From: a virus
Taxonomy: Duplodnaviria; Caudoviricetes
Virus record (IMG/VR): IMGVR_UViG_3300017766_002981
Coordinates: 1-39,001 of that record
Strand: one strand, 5' to 3'
Length of the DNA stretch: 39,001 nt
The notes beneath the pieces were generated by a model. The model was not told where the DNA came from. It searched no databases and saw only the letters and a program-made list of their open reading frames with translations. This document shows positions 7,525 through 17,509 of the stretch, in pieces. Made by a program: the position numbers and the translations under genes. Each line of letters starts with the position of its first letter. The first letter of the stretch is position 1.

Positions 7525-9327
7525 TTGAAACTTCTTCTTGCTTCTCTGCGCCTGTTAAGGGCCGAGGCCGCCAGTCTTTTAAAGATCGATATTCCTGCCG
7601 CGCTGATGGTCGCCGCGTTGCTGGCGCTGCTTCTCCCTCACATCACCCGGCACGCCGATAACGCCGCGATGCTGCATACTTTCGTTGATGATGAGCCGCT
7701 GTTGACCATGCAGATCGACGGCATGACGGCATGGCCGTGGGGAAACCCATCAACTTACCTCGACGCCAGAAAGCACGTTTCGCATCCGGTCCCCGCGCAT
7801 TGGCTCAACATCCGCTATGACGGGATCGTTTATTACGGCGGCCTCTACCTTGACTTGGCGGCGCTGGTTTGGACGCCACTCAAGATAGCCGGCTTGCCGA
7901 TCTTCCCTACCGTGCCGATTATTCTTCGGACGCTCAGTCTTTTGTTCGCAGCGTTCACCATTCTTGCCGTCTACAATTTCGGACGAAAGAACTTCGGACT
8001 GTTCGCCGGGCTATTCGGCGGGCTGCTTTTGCTCACCGAGTTTCATTTCATTGCGCTTGGCAGCTTCGCGCACCCGGACACACTCCTGTTTTTCTTGACC
8101 GTTCTCGCCCTGCCGCTCTGCTTAAGACACGCGAGAGAGGGCACAACCGAAAGCCTCGTCGCCATTGGCATCGTTGCCGGGCTCGCCCAAGGCGCCAAGA
8201 TGGGCGGGCCGCTGCTGGTGCCGATCGTCGTGGCCGCAATTGTCTACAGTACGCAGAACGTTCCGACGATCCTGCGCCGCGGCGCTGCCGTCTTTGGCGC
8301 TGCCGTTGCCGTGTTCTTTTTGACGACGCCTTATGCCCTGGTTGACCCATATTTTCGCCAATCGTGGACGGGGTTGACCGCACTGTTCTCCGGTCAGTCG
8401 CCCATCCAGGTCGTTACATTTACCGGTTGGCTATTGACCGTTGTCTCAAAGGTCGGCGTGCCGTTACTAATCACCGCTGGTATCGCGCTGGCGGCGGCGA
8501 TGTTGCCGCGCTCCAAGGAGCGGTTGCCCTTGCTGTTCGCGGCGCTGTTGGCCGCGTGGATCATTGCCTGGTACGCGCTATTCCAACGGTTCTGGGTCCA
8601 GCCCCAGTATCTTATCGTTTCCTACGCCCTGATCGCGGTCGTTGGCTGGAGTCTCGCCGATCGGTTGGTCGCCCTGCTGCCCATACCCAGAGCCGCGATT
8701 GCCTTGATCGCGGTCTGCACCATCGCAGCCGTCGCGGCCACGCATCAAAGCCGTGTCATCACCGGCGCATTTTCGATTCCGGTCATCATGTCGGGTTGGC
8801 GAGACGCCCCTCAATACCAGGTTGGCGAGTGGCTTTCCCGGAACAAGCAGGGCGGCGATACGGTCCTGTTCGATACGCAGGCCTATTTCGATCCTAAGGA
8901 TTTCCCGCGGCAATTCGCCAACGGCGGCCCGATCAAGTGGGACACGTTAGAACGTGTGAAACCTGACTATTTCGCGCTTACTATCTATGGCCCGTATCAC
9001 TGGATGGCCCAGAAGATGGCCAGCCAACGAAGCGAGCAGTGGGACCCGGACTATTACAACATGCGGCTTTATCAAGATCTGCTCGGCACTGACCCGGGCA
9101 ACCCGACGCCGACTAACGCTCTTCCGCACATCACCGCATTGCGCCGTTTCGACCCGCCAAAAACGGACACCGAATGCGATACCATATTCGCAAAGATCGC
9201 TTGCGCAGTGAATGCCTCGATGGGCGATGGCATGGGCGGTAGAGGTCCGACAACATGGTTATTCAAGCTAGACCACAGCGAGATGATGAAGCGCGTGAGC
9301 GAGACTAGCCCCTATAAGACGCAGTGA
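7525..9327 (+). CDS. GT-C (ArnT/PMT-like) integral-membrane glycosyltransferase, moron
   Basis: Acidic DDE motif after TM1, AHPD and GAK motifs, about 11-12 TM segments plus a soluble C-terminal domain; opposite strand to the late genes; TTG start with GGGGG RBS. Confidence 0.8.
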   Translation: MKLLLASLRLLRAEAASLLKIDIPAALMVAALLALLLPHITRHADNAAMLHTFVDDEPLLTMQIDGMTAWPWGNPSTYLDARKHVSHPVPAHWLNIRYDGIVYYGGLYLDLAALVWTPLKIAGLPIFPTVPIILRTLSLLFAAFTILAVYNFGRKNFGLFAGLFGGLLLLTEFHFIALGSFAHPDTLLFFLTVLALPLCLRHAREGTTESLVAIGIVAGLAQGAKMGGPLLVPIVVAAIVYSTQNVPTILRRGAAVFGAAVAVFFLTTPYALVDPYFRQSWTGLTALFSGQSPIQVVTFTGWLLTVVSKVGVPLLITAGIALAAAMLPRSKERLPLLFAALLAAWIIAWYALFQRFWVQPQYLIVSYALIAVVGWSLADRLVALLPIPRAAIALIAVCTIAAVAATHQSRVITGAFSIPVIMSGWRDAPQYQVGEWLSRNKQGGDTVLFDTQAYFDPKDFPRQFANGGPIKWDTLERVKPDYFALTIYGPYHWMAQKMASQRSEQWDPDYYNMRLYQDLLGTDPGNPTPTNALPHITALRRFDPPKTDTECDTIFAKIACAVNASMGDGMGGRGPTTWLFKLDHSEMMKRVSETSPYKTQ

Positions 9328-10753
9328 AATTGCAAAGCGCCTCGGTGCCGTAGAGGATTTGGCTGAGCAGGTTCGTTAGCTGCTCAGTCGCCGTAGCGAC
9401 GTTCACGCCAATCGAGGGGGGAGCCAAGTATTCGGCAACCATGTCCTGCCTTTGCTGCACAACCAATCCGGCCGACATGCTCCCGAAAGACTGATCGATC
9501 GTCCCGTATTTTCCACTGAACGCAGTCGTGCTGTTGATGCCGATGCCGTTTTTGATGACGCCCGCGATAGCCCCGGCCCCTTGATTGGCGGTGATGACCC
9601 CGATCTGCACCAGCCGATAAAGGATGTTTTCGTCAGCGAGTCCCTGGAACGTCGAAATCGAATTCGCGGACGAACCATTTTGAGCCCTGACGGATCCGGC
9701 CCCGCCGACAGACCAAGAGCTGGTTGGGTCGCCCCCCTTCATGATGATCAGGTGCTTGTTGTATGCGTTCCAAACGCCCCATTTCCGCGACTGACCGTAC
9801 GAGACGTGACAGGTCACCTGCCCGTTGGTGCCGTCCATCTGGATAGAGCCGAGGTAGAGGCCGCACTTCGCAGCCACGCTGTACGTGGTGCTGCCGTTCC
9901 GCATGGTCGCGGCGACCTTGTTGACCGGGAGACCCTTCAGTTTTTCCAGTTCGGTCGTTCCCGCTCCGAGCCCGCGCGCGCCGCTGCCTGCGGTCGCGGT
10001 CGTCCATGCCGGGCCGGTGCCGATGCGGATCGTTCCCGCATCATCGAAGGCGAAGACGTCGAGGATGGTGTTCGCTGCATGGGAGGCGACGAGGGATAGC
10101 GTCAATTCGGCAAACTCCCGAACCGCAAACGAGGTGCCGTTCGGGATCGGCACGAGATTGCCGGTGTCGGGGCGGTAGTAGACCGCGGTCGCGGCAGCGA
10201 CGTCAGCCGCCGGAAATACCGCGAGCGGCGCCGATGCCGTGCTGACCAGCGTGAGATACCCCTGCGGGATGACCTGGGTCCGCTGGAAGTTCTGGCCATC
10301 GGTGAACCAGTTTGTGCCGTCGGTGCGAATGCGGCCACCGGCGCCGGCGGGGACCGTGACCGAGGCGTCGCCGTCGATGGTCTGCGAGCCGCTGCCGTCC
10401 AGCGTGATGTCGCCGCTGCTGTCGTTCAGGAACCCGAAAACGAAGGGTGCGCCGACACCGGCCGCGTCCGGGGTGGTGATCGTGATCCCAGACGCCGAGG
10501 CACGGACGAGCTTGCCCTGGTCGGTCGAAAGCACCTGATAGCTGATCGCGGTCGACGTGACCCCAGCATCGATTTTGCCGAAGGCGTTGGTCAGGTTGGT
10601 GTTGATGTCCTCGATGGCTTCTTCGAGGGGGTCGTTGAGCTTGGTCTTGATCGTCGCCCATTTGACGCGGTTCGCCTTGGTGACTGACCCGTCATCCGCC
10701 GGCGGATTGGCGTTGTAGTTGACGATCGAGACGGAATCATAGGGTGAGGCCAT
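9305..10753 (-). CDS. Tail fibre/spike (receptor-binding protein)
   Basis: Last gene of tail module; Gly/Ser/Thr-rich beta-type sequence. Confidence 0.75.
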   Translation of the reverse strand: MASPYDSVSIVNYNANPPADDGSVTKANRVKWATIKTKLNDPLEEAIEDINTNLTNAFGKIDAGVTSTAISYQVLSTDQGKLVRASASGITITTPDAAGVGAPFVFGFLNDSSGDITLDGSGSQTIDGDASVTVPAGAGGRIRTDGTNWFTDGQNFQRTQVIPQGYLTLVSTASAPLAVFPAADVAAATAVYYRPDTGNLVPIPNGTSFAVREFAELTLSLVASHAANTILDVFAFDDAGTIRIGTGPAWTTATAGSGARGLGAGTTELEKLKGLPVNKVAATMRNGSTTYSVAAKCGLYLGSIQMDGTNGQVTCHVSYGQSRKWGVWNAYNKHLIIMKGGDPTSSWSVGGAGSVRAQNGSSANSISTFQGLADENILYRLVQIGVITANQGAGAIAGVIKNGIGINSTTAFSGKYGTIDQSFGSMSAGLVVQQRQDMVAEYLAPPSIGVNVATATEQLTNLLSQILYGTEALCNFTASYRG

Positions 10754-10803
10754 AGTTCAGCGCTCCGGCTAAAACGGTGTCAGGTCGGGGGATGTGGAAG
10801 GGG

Positions 10804-12339
10804 TCAGCGGCGGCGGTTGTCTTTGGACGCGGCGGCCGCGCTTTCGGCTTGCGGGGCGGATTTCAGAAGCTGCAGCGACGCCTTCGACCGGGCCAGCGCC
10901 TCGGTCGCCATCTTGCTGTCCCCGCCGGTTCGGATCGTGGTCTCAAGCTGCTTGACGTATCGCTCAGCCATCGCGGTGGCGAGGCGGCGGGCGCCAAAGC
11001 CCGCAGCACCGGCGGCGATGGCGCCGACAACCGGCATTCCGATTAGCGACCCGGCCGCGGCACCAATGCCGCCGCCAAGCCCCGCCGAGACGACACCGGT
11101 CGGGGCCAGCTTGCCGACGTTCCGAGCCGCGTTGCTGGCCGTGGTGCCGACGGCGATTTTCTTGATCGCCTTCTGCTCCTGGGGGGTGAAGGTCCGGAGC
11201 GCGCGCGCATTCTTCGCCAGCGACCGGAATTCGGTACGCAGGGCATTTTCGAGGCCGGATCCGGAGAAGTTCGGCGCCGACAGTCGGGCGCGCTCGACCA
11301 GCCCGTCGACGGTATCGAGCTTGGCCACCTTCGACCACAGGTCGCGGGCCTTGGTGACCATTTCGGCTGCCACCTTGGCATCGCCGCTGGACACGTCCTT
11401 CGCGCTCAACTTCGACACGAAATCATCGATCTTGTCGACGATGTGGCCCGCGATCCGCCCCTCGTCCTTGTCGAGCCCCTTCCCGGCGCCGTTCGCGACG
11501 CGCCGGAGGATTTCAAGGTTCTGGAATGAGATCGGCTGGTCCGCCACCGCCTCCATGCGCTGCAGCGCCGCCGTCGCGCGCGGGTGCAAGGTTGGGTCGA
11601 TACCTTCCTTGATGACCGTCGATTTCACATCGTCGAAGAGCGGCCGGATGGGATTGGCTGTGACCCCGGCCTCGTCAGCCCGCCTGTAGAACCCCTTGGC
11701 GGCGGCCCTGAGTTCTTCGTTCGTCGCGGTGGCCACGGCAGGCTCGGCGACCGCCGGAGCGGCTGGCGGGGCTGGCGCGGGCTCTGGGGCTGCAGCACGC
11801 AAGGCATCGTCCACGGTCGTTGCGGCAGCTTCCGGCGCCACGGCCGCCGGTGCCGCTGCAGGCTTCGGTGCCCCGGCAACCGCTTCCCGCTCAGCGGCCG
11901 CGCGCGCGATACCGGCACCGGTCCCGGCAGGGCCACCAGCCGGAGCGCCGGCGAACAGGCTGCCGAGTTCGAAAATCTCCTTGCCGGTGAGTTGCGAGGC
12001 GGTCCGTTTCCCGTCAAGCAGGTCCATGACGGCTTGGCGCGGCCCCTCCAGGAAGCCTGGCACGGCGAGCGTGAGGTTGCCCTCCTTGGTTTTGCCGACC
12101 GGCAATATCGCGCTGCGCGACGCCAGAGTATCCGGCTTCGGCTGGCTGGCGTTGATCTGCTGCAGCGCGACACCTTCTTCGGAATTGGGGTCCGGAGCGG
12201 CTTCCGGGGCGGGTGCGCTGCCGCCCTTGATCTGGGCCGCAATCGCGTCGACCTCCTTGGCCTGCTGGGCCGGCGACAGATTTAGGAAACCGTCGTCGAT
12301 GTCGACCTCGCCGATGCCGTCGATGTTCAGGACGGCCAT
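10804..12339 (-). CDS. Internal virion/DNA ejection protein
   Basis: Ala-rich helical 511 aa with Gly-rich hydrophobic C-terminal stretch; podovirus ejection-gene position. Confidence 0.7.
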   Translation of the reverse strand: MAVLNIDGIGEVDIDDGFLNLSPAQQAKEVDAIAAQIKGGSAPAPEAAPDPNSEEGVALQQINASQPKPDTLASRSAILPVGKTKEGNLTLAVPGFLEGPRQAVMDLLDGKRTASQLTGKEIFELGSLFAGAPAGGPAGTGAGIARAAAEREAVAGAPKPAAAPAAVAPEAAATTVDDALRAAAPEPAPAPPAAPAVAEPAVATATNEELRAAAKGFYRRADEAGVTANPIRPLFDDVKSTVIKEGIDPTLHPRATAALQRMEAVADQPISFQNLEILRRVANGAGKGLDKDEGRIAGHIVDKIDDFVSKLSAKDVSSGDAKVAAEMVTKARDLWSKVAKLDTVDGLVERARLSAPNFSGSGLENALRTEFRSLAKNARALRTFTPQEQKAIKKIAVGTTASNAARNVGKLAPTGVVSAGLGGGIGAAAGSLIGMPVVGAIAAGAAGFGARRLATAMAERYVKQLETTIRTGGDSKMATEALARSKASLQLLKSAPQAESAAAASKDNRRR

Positions 12340-13382
12340 TACTTCGGCCTCACCGAGAACTTGAAGCCGCCCGGGGAGACGCTACTGGTTGGCGCCTTTC
12401 CGGTTGGCGAAAGATCGATCACCACGTTGTCCGGGTCGAGCTTGTACCGCTTCGCGATGCCAGCGAAGGTCGTCGCGGCTTTGTCGTGTTGCACCGCTGC
12501 GGCTTCAAAAATCTTGTTCGCCTGCCCAAGAATTTCCGACCGAGCCTTCGTGCCGATGGTGCCCTCGCCGAGCGCTTTGTTATACAGTCCCTGAATTGCT
12601 GACGGCACACCACCAGAGTTGGAGGCGGTCGCGAATTCACCCTCTCGAACCGTCGACCCGGGGTCCAGCATCTTCATGAACTGGAACACCAGCGTCATGT
12701 CGCCCGCGCCGGTCTTGTCGATGTTGTCCAGCCGGTTCTTGGCGTCCCGCATAGTGATGAACGGCTGGGCCTGCTTGACAAAATCGTCGCGCAGGGAGTT
12801 TTCGGCCTTGACCTTCTCGTCCTTGTTCTTGAAGCCGGAGTTTTCATCGACAACACCGGCCGCCTGCAGCGCCTTGGCAGCAGCGATCTTGCCCAGACCC
12901 TCACCGGTCTCCTTGCCCTGCGCCTTGGCGGTTTCCGAAGCCAGTAGCGCGCCGGCAGCCTCGGTCTGGGTCGGTCCGGTCAGCAGCGCGCCGACCTGGG
13001 CGTCGAAGGTGGCCGGGTCGCGCTTGGCGAACGGCGCCAGCCGCTTCACGCTGTCGACCAGCGGCGAAACCGCCTTCTGGATGGCGACGGGGTCGCGGCC
13101 GGCAGCGAGGCCCTGCTTCACCGTCTCGGCAACCGTCGCCATGGTCTCGGCGATCTGTTTGTCGACGCGCTCGAGGCCCTGCTGACCCTCCGCGCGTGCG
13201 GAGTTCTTTTCCGCGAGGGTCTGCGCACGCTCGTTGATGCCGATATTGGCGTTCGCGGTCTTCTCGTTGATGTCGAGCCCGCGCGTCCGCAGCCCAGTTT
13301 CGGTGGCCAACGTCTCGCGGGAAAGCCGCTGCTTCTCGGCATCCGCCATGCCTTCCGCCGCACCGCCAAGGAAAAAACTCAT
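12339..13382 (-). CDS. Internal virion/DNA ejection protein
   Basis: Helical 347 aa with LDPGSTVREGEF motif; position in module. Confidence 0.7.
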   Translation of the reverse strand: MSFFLGGAAEGMADAEKQRLSRETLATETGLRTRGLDINEKTANANIGINERAQTLAEKNSARAEGQQGLERVDKQIAETMATVAETVKQGLAAGRDPVAIQKAVSPLVDSVKRLAPFAKRDPATFDAQVGALLTGPTQTEAAGALLASETAKAQGKETGEGLGKIAAAKALQAAGVVDENSGFKNKDEKVKAENSLRDDFVKQAQPFITMRDAKNRLDNIDKTGAGDMTLVFQFMKMLDPGSTVREGEFATASNSGGVPSAIQGLYNKALGEGTIGTKARSEILGQANKIFEAAAVQHDKAATTFAGIAKRYKLDPDNVVIDLSPTGKAPTSSVSPGGFKFSVRPK

Positions 13383-13386
13383 ATGG

Positions 13387-14196
13387 TCAACCTCCGAACG
13401 AGAATGCGCCCGCGAGCGGGTTGAAGCCGCGGCTGGCGAAATTGCTCACGCCCTTGCCGATCTCATTGGCGACCGGGCTGAAGGTCTGCCCGAAGAACTT
13501 GCCCGCCGCCTGCTGTTCGCGGGACTGCAGTTCGGCGCCGCCGGCCGCAGCCTTCACCCGGAGCTCGGATTCCAGCCGGGCATTTGCGCCCATCTGTGCC
13601 GTGGCTGCCGCCGCCAGCTTCGAACCGATGTCCGCCTGCAGATTGAGTTCGTCGAGCCCGGCCTGAAACGCGCCGCGGCGGGCCTCGAACTCCTGGTTGA
13701 TCAGTTGATGGGTGCCCTCGACTTCCTGCAGGAAGGTCTCAGCCGCGACCTTGTCCTTCTGCTGGCCGAACTCGGATTCCGCCCGGGTGAGCGCGTCCTG
13801 CCCGAAGGACGAGCCCAGCACCCGCCGGCGGGCCATGTTTTCCCGGAGATTGCCGATCGCGGACTGGCGGGCGTTCTCGACCTCGGCCAGCCGTGAAGTG
13901 CGCAGATCGGACATGCCCGGCGCGAGCCGTGCGCGCAGGCCAGCCAAGGCGTCGGCCTGATCGCCGAGCACCCCCTGAACGCCGCCGACCAGCCCCATGC
14001 GGTTGGCGTCCGCCGAGAGCGTGCCATCCTTACCGGACAGCCCGCCAGCGTTGATGCCAACCGACACCGGCGCCACCGATGTGTTCACGTTCTTCAAGCT
14101 CTGGCTGGGGCTGTCGCCGCTGCCGCCGAACAGCTTGCTCGCGCCAGCGGAAATGCCGGCCGTCGCCAATGCTCCAAGAAGTGTTCCGAGCGCCAT
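13387..14196 (-). CDS. DNA ejection/pilot protein (P22 gp7-like position)
   Basis: Gly/Ala-rich hydrophobic N-terminus, Gln/Ala-rich helical body. Confidence 0.7.
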   Translation of the reverse strand: MALGTLLGALATAGISAGASKLFGGSGDSPSQSLKNVNTSVAPVSVGINAGGLSGKDGTLSADANRMGLVGGVQGVLGDQADALAGLRARLAPGMSDLRTSRLAEVENARQSAIGNLRENMARRRVLGSSFGQDALTRAESEFGQQKDKVAAETFLQEVEGTHQLINQEFEARRGAFQAGLDELNLQADIGSKLAAAATAQMGANARLESELRVKAAAGGAELQSREQQAAGKFFGQTFSPVANEIGKGVSNFASRGFNPLAGAFSFGG

Positions 14197-14753
14197 TACT
14201 TCGTCTCCCCGCGGGTCTCAAAAACGGCCGTGGCCTGGCCGGGGTAAACATTCATCGACGTGCCGACCCGCCGCATGATGCCGTGCTTCGCGATCATCTC
14301 GAAAAACGGCTTGGCCTTGTCGTTCGCGTATTCCACCATCGGGATGGTCTTCCGGATCGAATTGAAGAACGCGACGGCGGATTCAATGCGGTTGCGCGCC
14401 GAGGCCCACGGAAACCAGATCATGTCGCCGATGATCATGAAGGGAGCCAATTGCGGGTTCGGGTGCGAGTAGAAGCCGAGCACGAGGCCGACGGGCATGA
14501 AGCCGCGGGTGGTTTCCGCCGACAGCGTCCACGCCCCGGCGTAGTTGCTCGTCACCTCGTCGACGAAGGCGAGCGCAAACGCCTCCGGGGTGAATTCGGC
14601 CTGAAACCGCGGCCCCATCGATGCCAGCGCGCCCTTTTTGTACGCCGCCCATGCGTATTTGCAGTCGGCGTCCTCGATCGGCCGAAATTCGGTGCGCCGC
14701 CGCAACGTCTTTCTCAGCCGCCAGCCGTTGGCGATCCCGGGCTCGTGTTTCAT
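14196..14753 (-). CDS. Putative GNAT-fold protein after the nozzle gene (T7 gp13-like position)
   Basis: ATGA-coupled start MKHEPG; FRPIEDAD start and FFEMIAKHG end fit GNAT-like layout. Confidence 0.5.
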   Translation of the reverse strand: MKHEPGIANGWRLRKTLRRRTEFRPIEDADCKYAWAAYKKGALASMGPRFQAEFTPEAFALAFVDEVTSNYAGAWTLSAETTRGFMPVGLVLGFYSHPNPQLAPFMIIGDMIWFPWASARNRIESAVAFFNSIRKTIPMVEYANDKAKPFFEMIAKHGIMRRVGTSMNVYPGQATAVFETRGETK

Positions 14754-16354
14754 TGCGATGCCGCTGTTCCTCGTATGCCGATTTCGTTGATCGAAAAATC
14801 GTCCGCGCCGGTCACGCCGATCCGGATCTGGAATTCGCTGGCCTGGCCGGGAACCTCGAACCTCTGACGGATCAGCCGGTTGACCAGCACCCCGAAATAG
14901 ACATCGCCGCCGAAGTAATGCCCGCCACCGAAGTGCGCCGCGCCGTCGGTGCCCGGGACATCGATCGTGATCTGCTCGCTGAATGCGGCCTCGCCCGCAA
15001 ATTCCAAGGTGAGCAGGATCTGGAACGCGACATTTTTGCGGTATTTGACGTAGCCCTCGAACCGGAAAATCTGCGCATCGAGCGGAGCGGCGAAAAGCTT
15101 GCTCAGCCACTCGACGGCAACGCTCCTCGTTCCGCCATCTCCAGACGTCCCCGTGCCCTCAAGCCGGTACAGGTGACCGCCTTCATCCCCCATAAAAACG
15201 TATTCGAGGCCGTCCAGCGGGTCGAGCATCGACATCACGAAGGTCGGCATAAACGCCATCGCGTGTTGCGTCGTCCAGCGCATCCACGGCGAAACCTGGC
15301 CGCCGCGCATAGAGGTATTCAGCACCCACACCTCGGACCCGTCGTCGGGGAACGCATAGGCCCGGTTCAGGCGGGCGTTGAAGACAATGCGCCAACCGCC
15401 GTAGCCATTTATCGAATTCGAGATCGGCGCCGTGGCATCGTCGGCCTCGGAATCGCCAAATCGGTCGGTGTCCTTCAGACTTTCAACCCGGCCCTGCCGG
15501 CCGTACAAGATATCGTTTCCGATGTAGGCAAGCGGTTCTTCGCCCGACGCCGCGGACCCGGGATAGAAATCTGCAAATGCGAAGTCGATGGCGGATTGGC
15601 CGTTCAGATTGAACATCCGGCCGCGCTCGGTTGACAGGATCGTCGATCCGAACGCCTCGACGTGACCATTGATCGGCCGGAGGTCGGGCGACAGCAGAAA
15701 GAACGGGTCTTCCTCGCTCAGCGACGACGCCGGCCGATCGGCAACCGAGATCGTCAGATAGTCGCTGCGCTTCGACCCCACCATCATGTGAGGCGATGCC
15801 CCGCCCGCATCCTTGACGTTGCTGAACATCGCTCGTTCGTTCGAGACGTTCAGGTACTTCGCGTAAAAGGTGCCGAACGATCCGCCGCCGCCCGAACCAT
15901 TGAGGAATGCCGACGACGCCCAGGTCGTGCCGTTCCACTCCTTGACGGTTTCCAGCAGCGACAAATCCGTGATCAGCACCTTGTCGTCGAGCGACCAAGC
16001 GTGGCTGCGATGATGCCCGCGCAATTTCGAGTTGGCATTGACCGTCGCGCGCTCGGTGAACGTCGTGATCCCGTTCCACTCGTAGACCTTGGCGCCCGCC
16101 TGGATCAGAAACGAGACCGACCCGTCGGCCTTCAGGAACGAGGCGCCGCCCCTGATCTCGGCCGCATTCGGCACGGTGCCGATCAGATCGAAAGGCTTTC
16201 GGTTGCGCAGTTCCCGGTTTTCGAGATCGAGGAGGAAGTTCTGACCGTCCGCGGCCTCGCGCGGGTCGATTTCATCCTCGCTGGCGCGCGTGTGCAGCCC
16301 GCCGCCGAACTTGAGGGTGAGGTCGATATCCTTTGGGCCGACTTTGCTGACCAT
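14750..16354 (-). CDS. Tail nozzle / DNA stabilisation protein (P22 gp10, T7 gp12-like)
   Basis: 534 aa beta-rich; N-terminal FGGGL..; follows adaptor. Confidence 0.75.
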   Translation of the reverse strand: MVSKVGPKDIDLTLKFGGGLHTRASEDEIDPREAADGQNFLLDLENRELRNRKPFDLIGTVPNAAEIRGGASFLKADGSVSFLIQAGAKVYEWNGITTFTERATVNANSKLRGHHRSHAWSLDDKVLITDLSLLETVKEWNGTTWASSAFLNGSGGGGSFGTFYAKYLNVSNERAMFSNVKDAGGASPHMMVGSKRSDYLTISVADRPASSLSEEDPFFLLSPDLRPINGHVEAFGSTILSTERGRMFNLNGQSAIDFAFADFYPGSAASGEEPLAYIGNDILYGRQGRVESLKDTDRFGDSEADDATAPISNSINGYGGWRIVFNARLNRAYAFPDDGSEVWVLNTSMRGGQVSPWMRWTTQHAMAFMPTFVMSMLDPLDGLEYVFMGDEGGHLYRLEGTGTSGDGGTRSVAVEWLSKLFAAPLDAQIFRFEGYVKYRKNVAFQILLTLEFAGEAAFSEQITIDVPGTDGAAHFGGGHYFGGDVYFGVLVNRLIRQRFEVPGQASEFQIRIGVTGADDFSINEIGIRGTAASQ

Positions 16355-16355
16355 A

Positions 16356-17024
16356 TCAGCCGCGCGGGTTGTAGCTGTCGCGCGGCATTCGCTGCGTCAG
16401 CAGCGTGGCGGCGAGGCCGACGCTGTTGCGATACAGGTCGCCGTCGAACTCGTTGCGTTTCTCGCGCTTCCATAGCTGGACCCAGACCGGCACCATGGCC
16501 ATGAACACGTTGTCCTTGAACGGAACGGTGTCGGTCGAGAGCGTGAGCGCCAGATCCTTCTCATACTGGTAGGTATAGACCTTGCCATTATCGTCCGCCG
16601 TCGGCGCCCGATCGACATGGAGTTCGCCCGTCACCGGGCTGATCGCGGCATAGATCGGCAGGCCTGTGTCGTCCTGCTCCAGGTCGTGGTCGAGCATGGC
16701 GTTGTAGCCGCCCGGAAACTCGAAAATCCGTTGCGCGTTGACCTTGTCGCGAAGGGGGTAGCGGAGGCGGATCAGCCCGGTTTCCAGCGCATAATCCCGA
16801 TCACCCGTCGCCAGCGTGATCGTGCCCTCCCCTTGGCCGTTCGGCTTCGGCACGTTCGAGGTCGCATACAGGTCATTGATCCCTTCGTTGATGACCTGAA
16901 CCGCGACGTCGACCGCGTTCTGCCGCGATGAACTGGTCAGCGACGTCAGGACGGCTCCGTCACCGGAGATCACCCCGACGCGCTTCAGCACTTCGTTCGC
17001 GCCGTCAAGCAGCGTTTTGGCCAT
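16356..17024 (-). CDS. Head-tail adaptor (tail tubular protein A-like)
   Basis: MAKTLLDGANEVLKRVG N-terminus and TITLATGDRDYAL motif; GAGG RBS. Confidence 0.75.
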   Translation of the reverse strand: MAKTLLDGANEVLKRVGVISGDGAVLTSLTSSSRQNAVDVAVQVINEGINDLYATSNVPKPNGQGEGTITLATGDRDYALETGLIRLRYPLRDKVNAQRIFEFPGGYNAMLDHDLEQDDTGLPIYAAISPVTGELHVDRAPTADDNGKVYTYQYEKDLALTLSTDTVPFKDNVFMAMVPVWVQLWKREKRNEFDGDLYRNSVGLAATLLTQRMPRDSYNPRG

Positions 17025-17442
17025 TGCGTTCCGCCTCGATCTTGCTGCGCATCGAATCCATGTTGTCGCGACGGCCGAGCTTGATCTGCAGCCGCTGACA
17101 TTCCTTGCGAAGTTCGTTGATGCCCATGCCGTCGAGAGACGGTTCGGCCTTCTGCTGTGCGAACTGCCGCGCCATGTCCGCCTCGGCGTCGACCGCATTG
17201 GCCTGGTCCGACGTGACGGCCGGTCCCGACGGCTGGCCGAGCGGTGCAAATTGCACGTTGGCGCGGGCCCACGCTGCGAACTGACCATTCAGCCCCTTGC
17301 TGCGGATGATCGGCCGCGCCAGCATCGCCGGCATGTCGTGGGATATTTCCTTGATGTTGCGCTCGCGCGCGAATTTGAGGATGTCCGCCTGCCTCGCGCG
17401 CTGAAGCGGGTCGCGGGGGTCGTCGATCTTGTTCAGATACAT
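17005..17442 (-). CDS. Hypothetical protein with C-terminal HeH/Rho-N-like helical domain
   Basis: LDGMGINELRKECQRLQIK pattern; AAAGG RBS. Confidence 0.6.
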   Translation of the reverse strand: MYLNKIDDPRDPLQRARQADILKFARERNIKEISHDMPAMLARPIIRSKGLNGQFAAWARANVQFAPLGQPSGPAVTSDQANAVDAEADMARQFAQQKAEPSLDGMGINELRKECQRLQIKLGRRDNMDSMRSKIEAERNGQNAA

Positions 17443-17458
17443 GCCTTTTCCTTTGAAA

Positions 17459-17506
17459 GGGGCATGGTGAGGACGAGCCGTAGCTCGCCCTCGTTCTCAT
17501 GCCCTC
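17459..17506 (-). terminator. Stem-loop after the capsid gene
   Basis: GGGCATG..GAGGGCGAGC-TACG-GCTCGTCCTC..CATGCCC followed by a short T run. Confidence 0.45.
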
Positions 17507-17509
17507 GGA

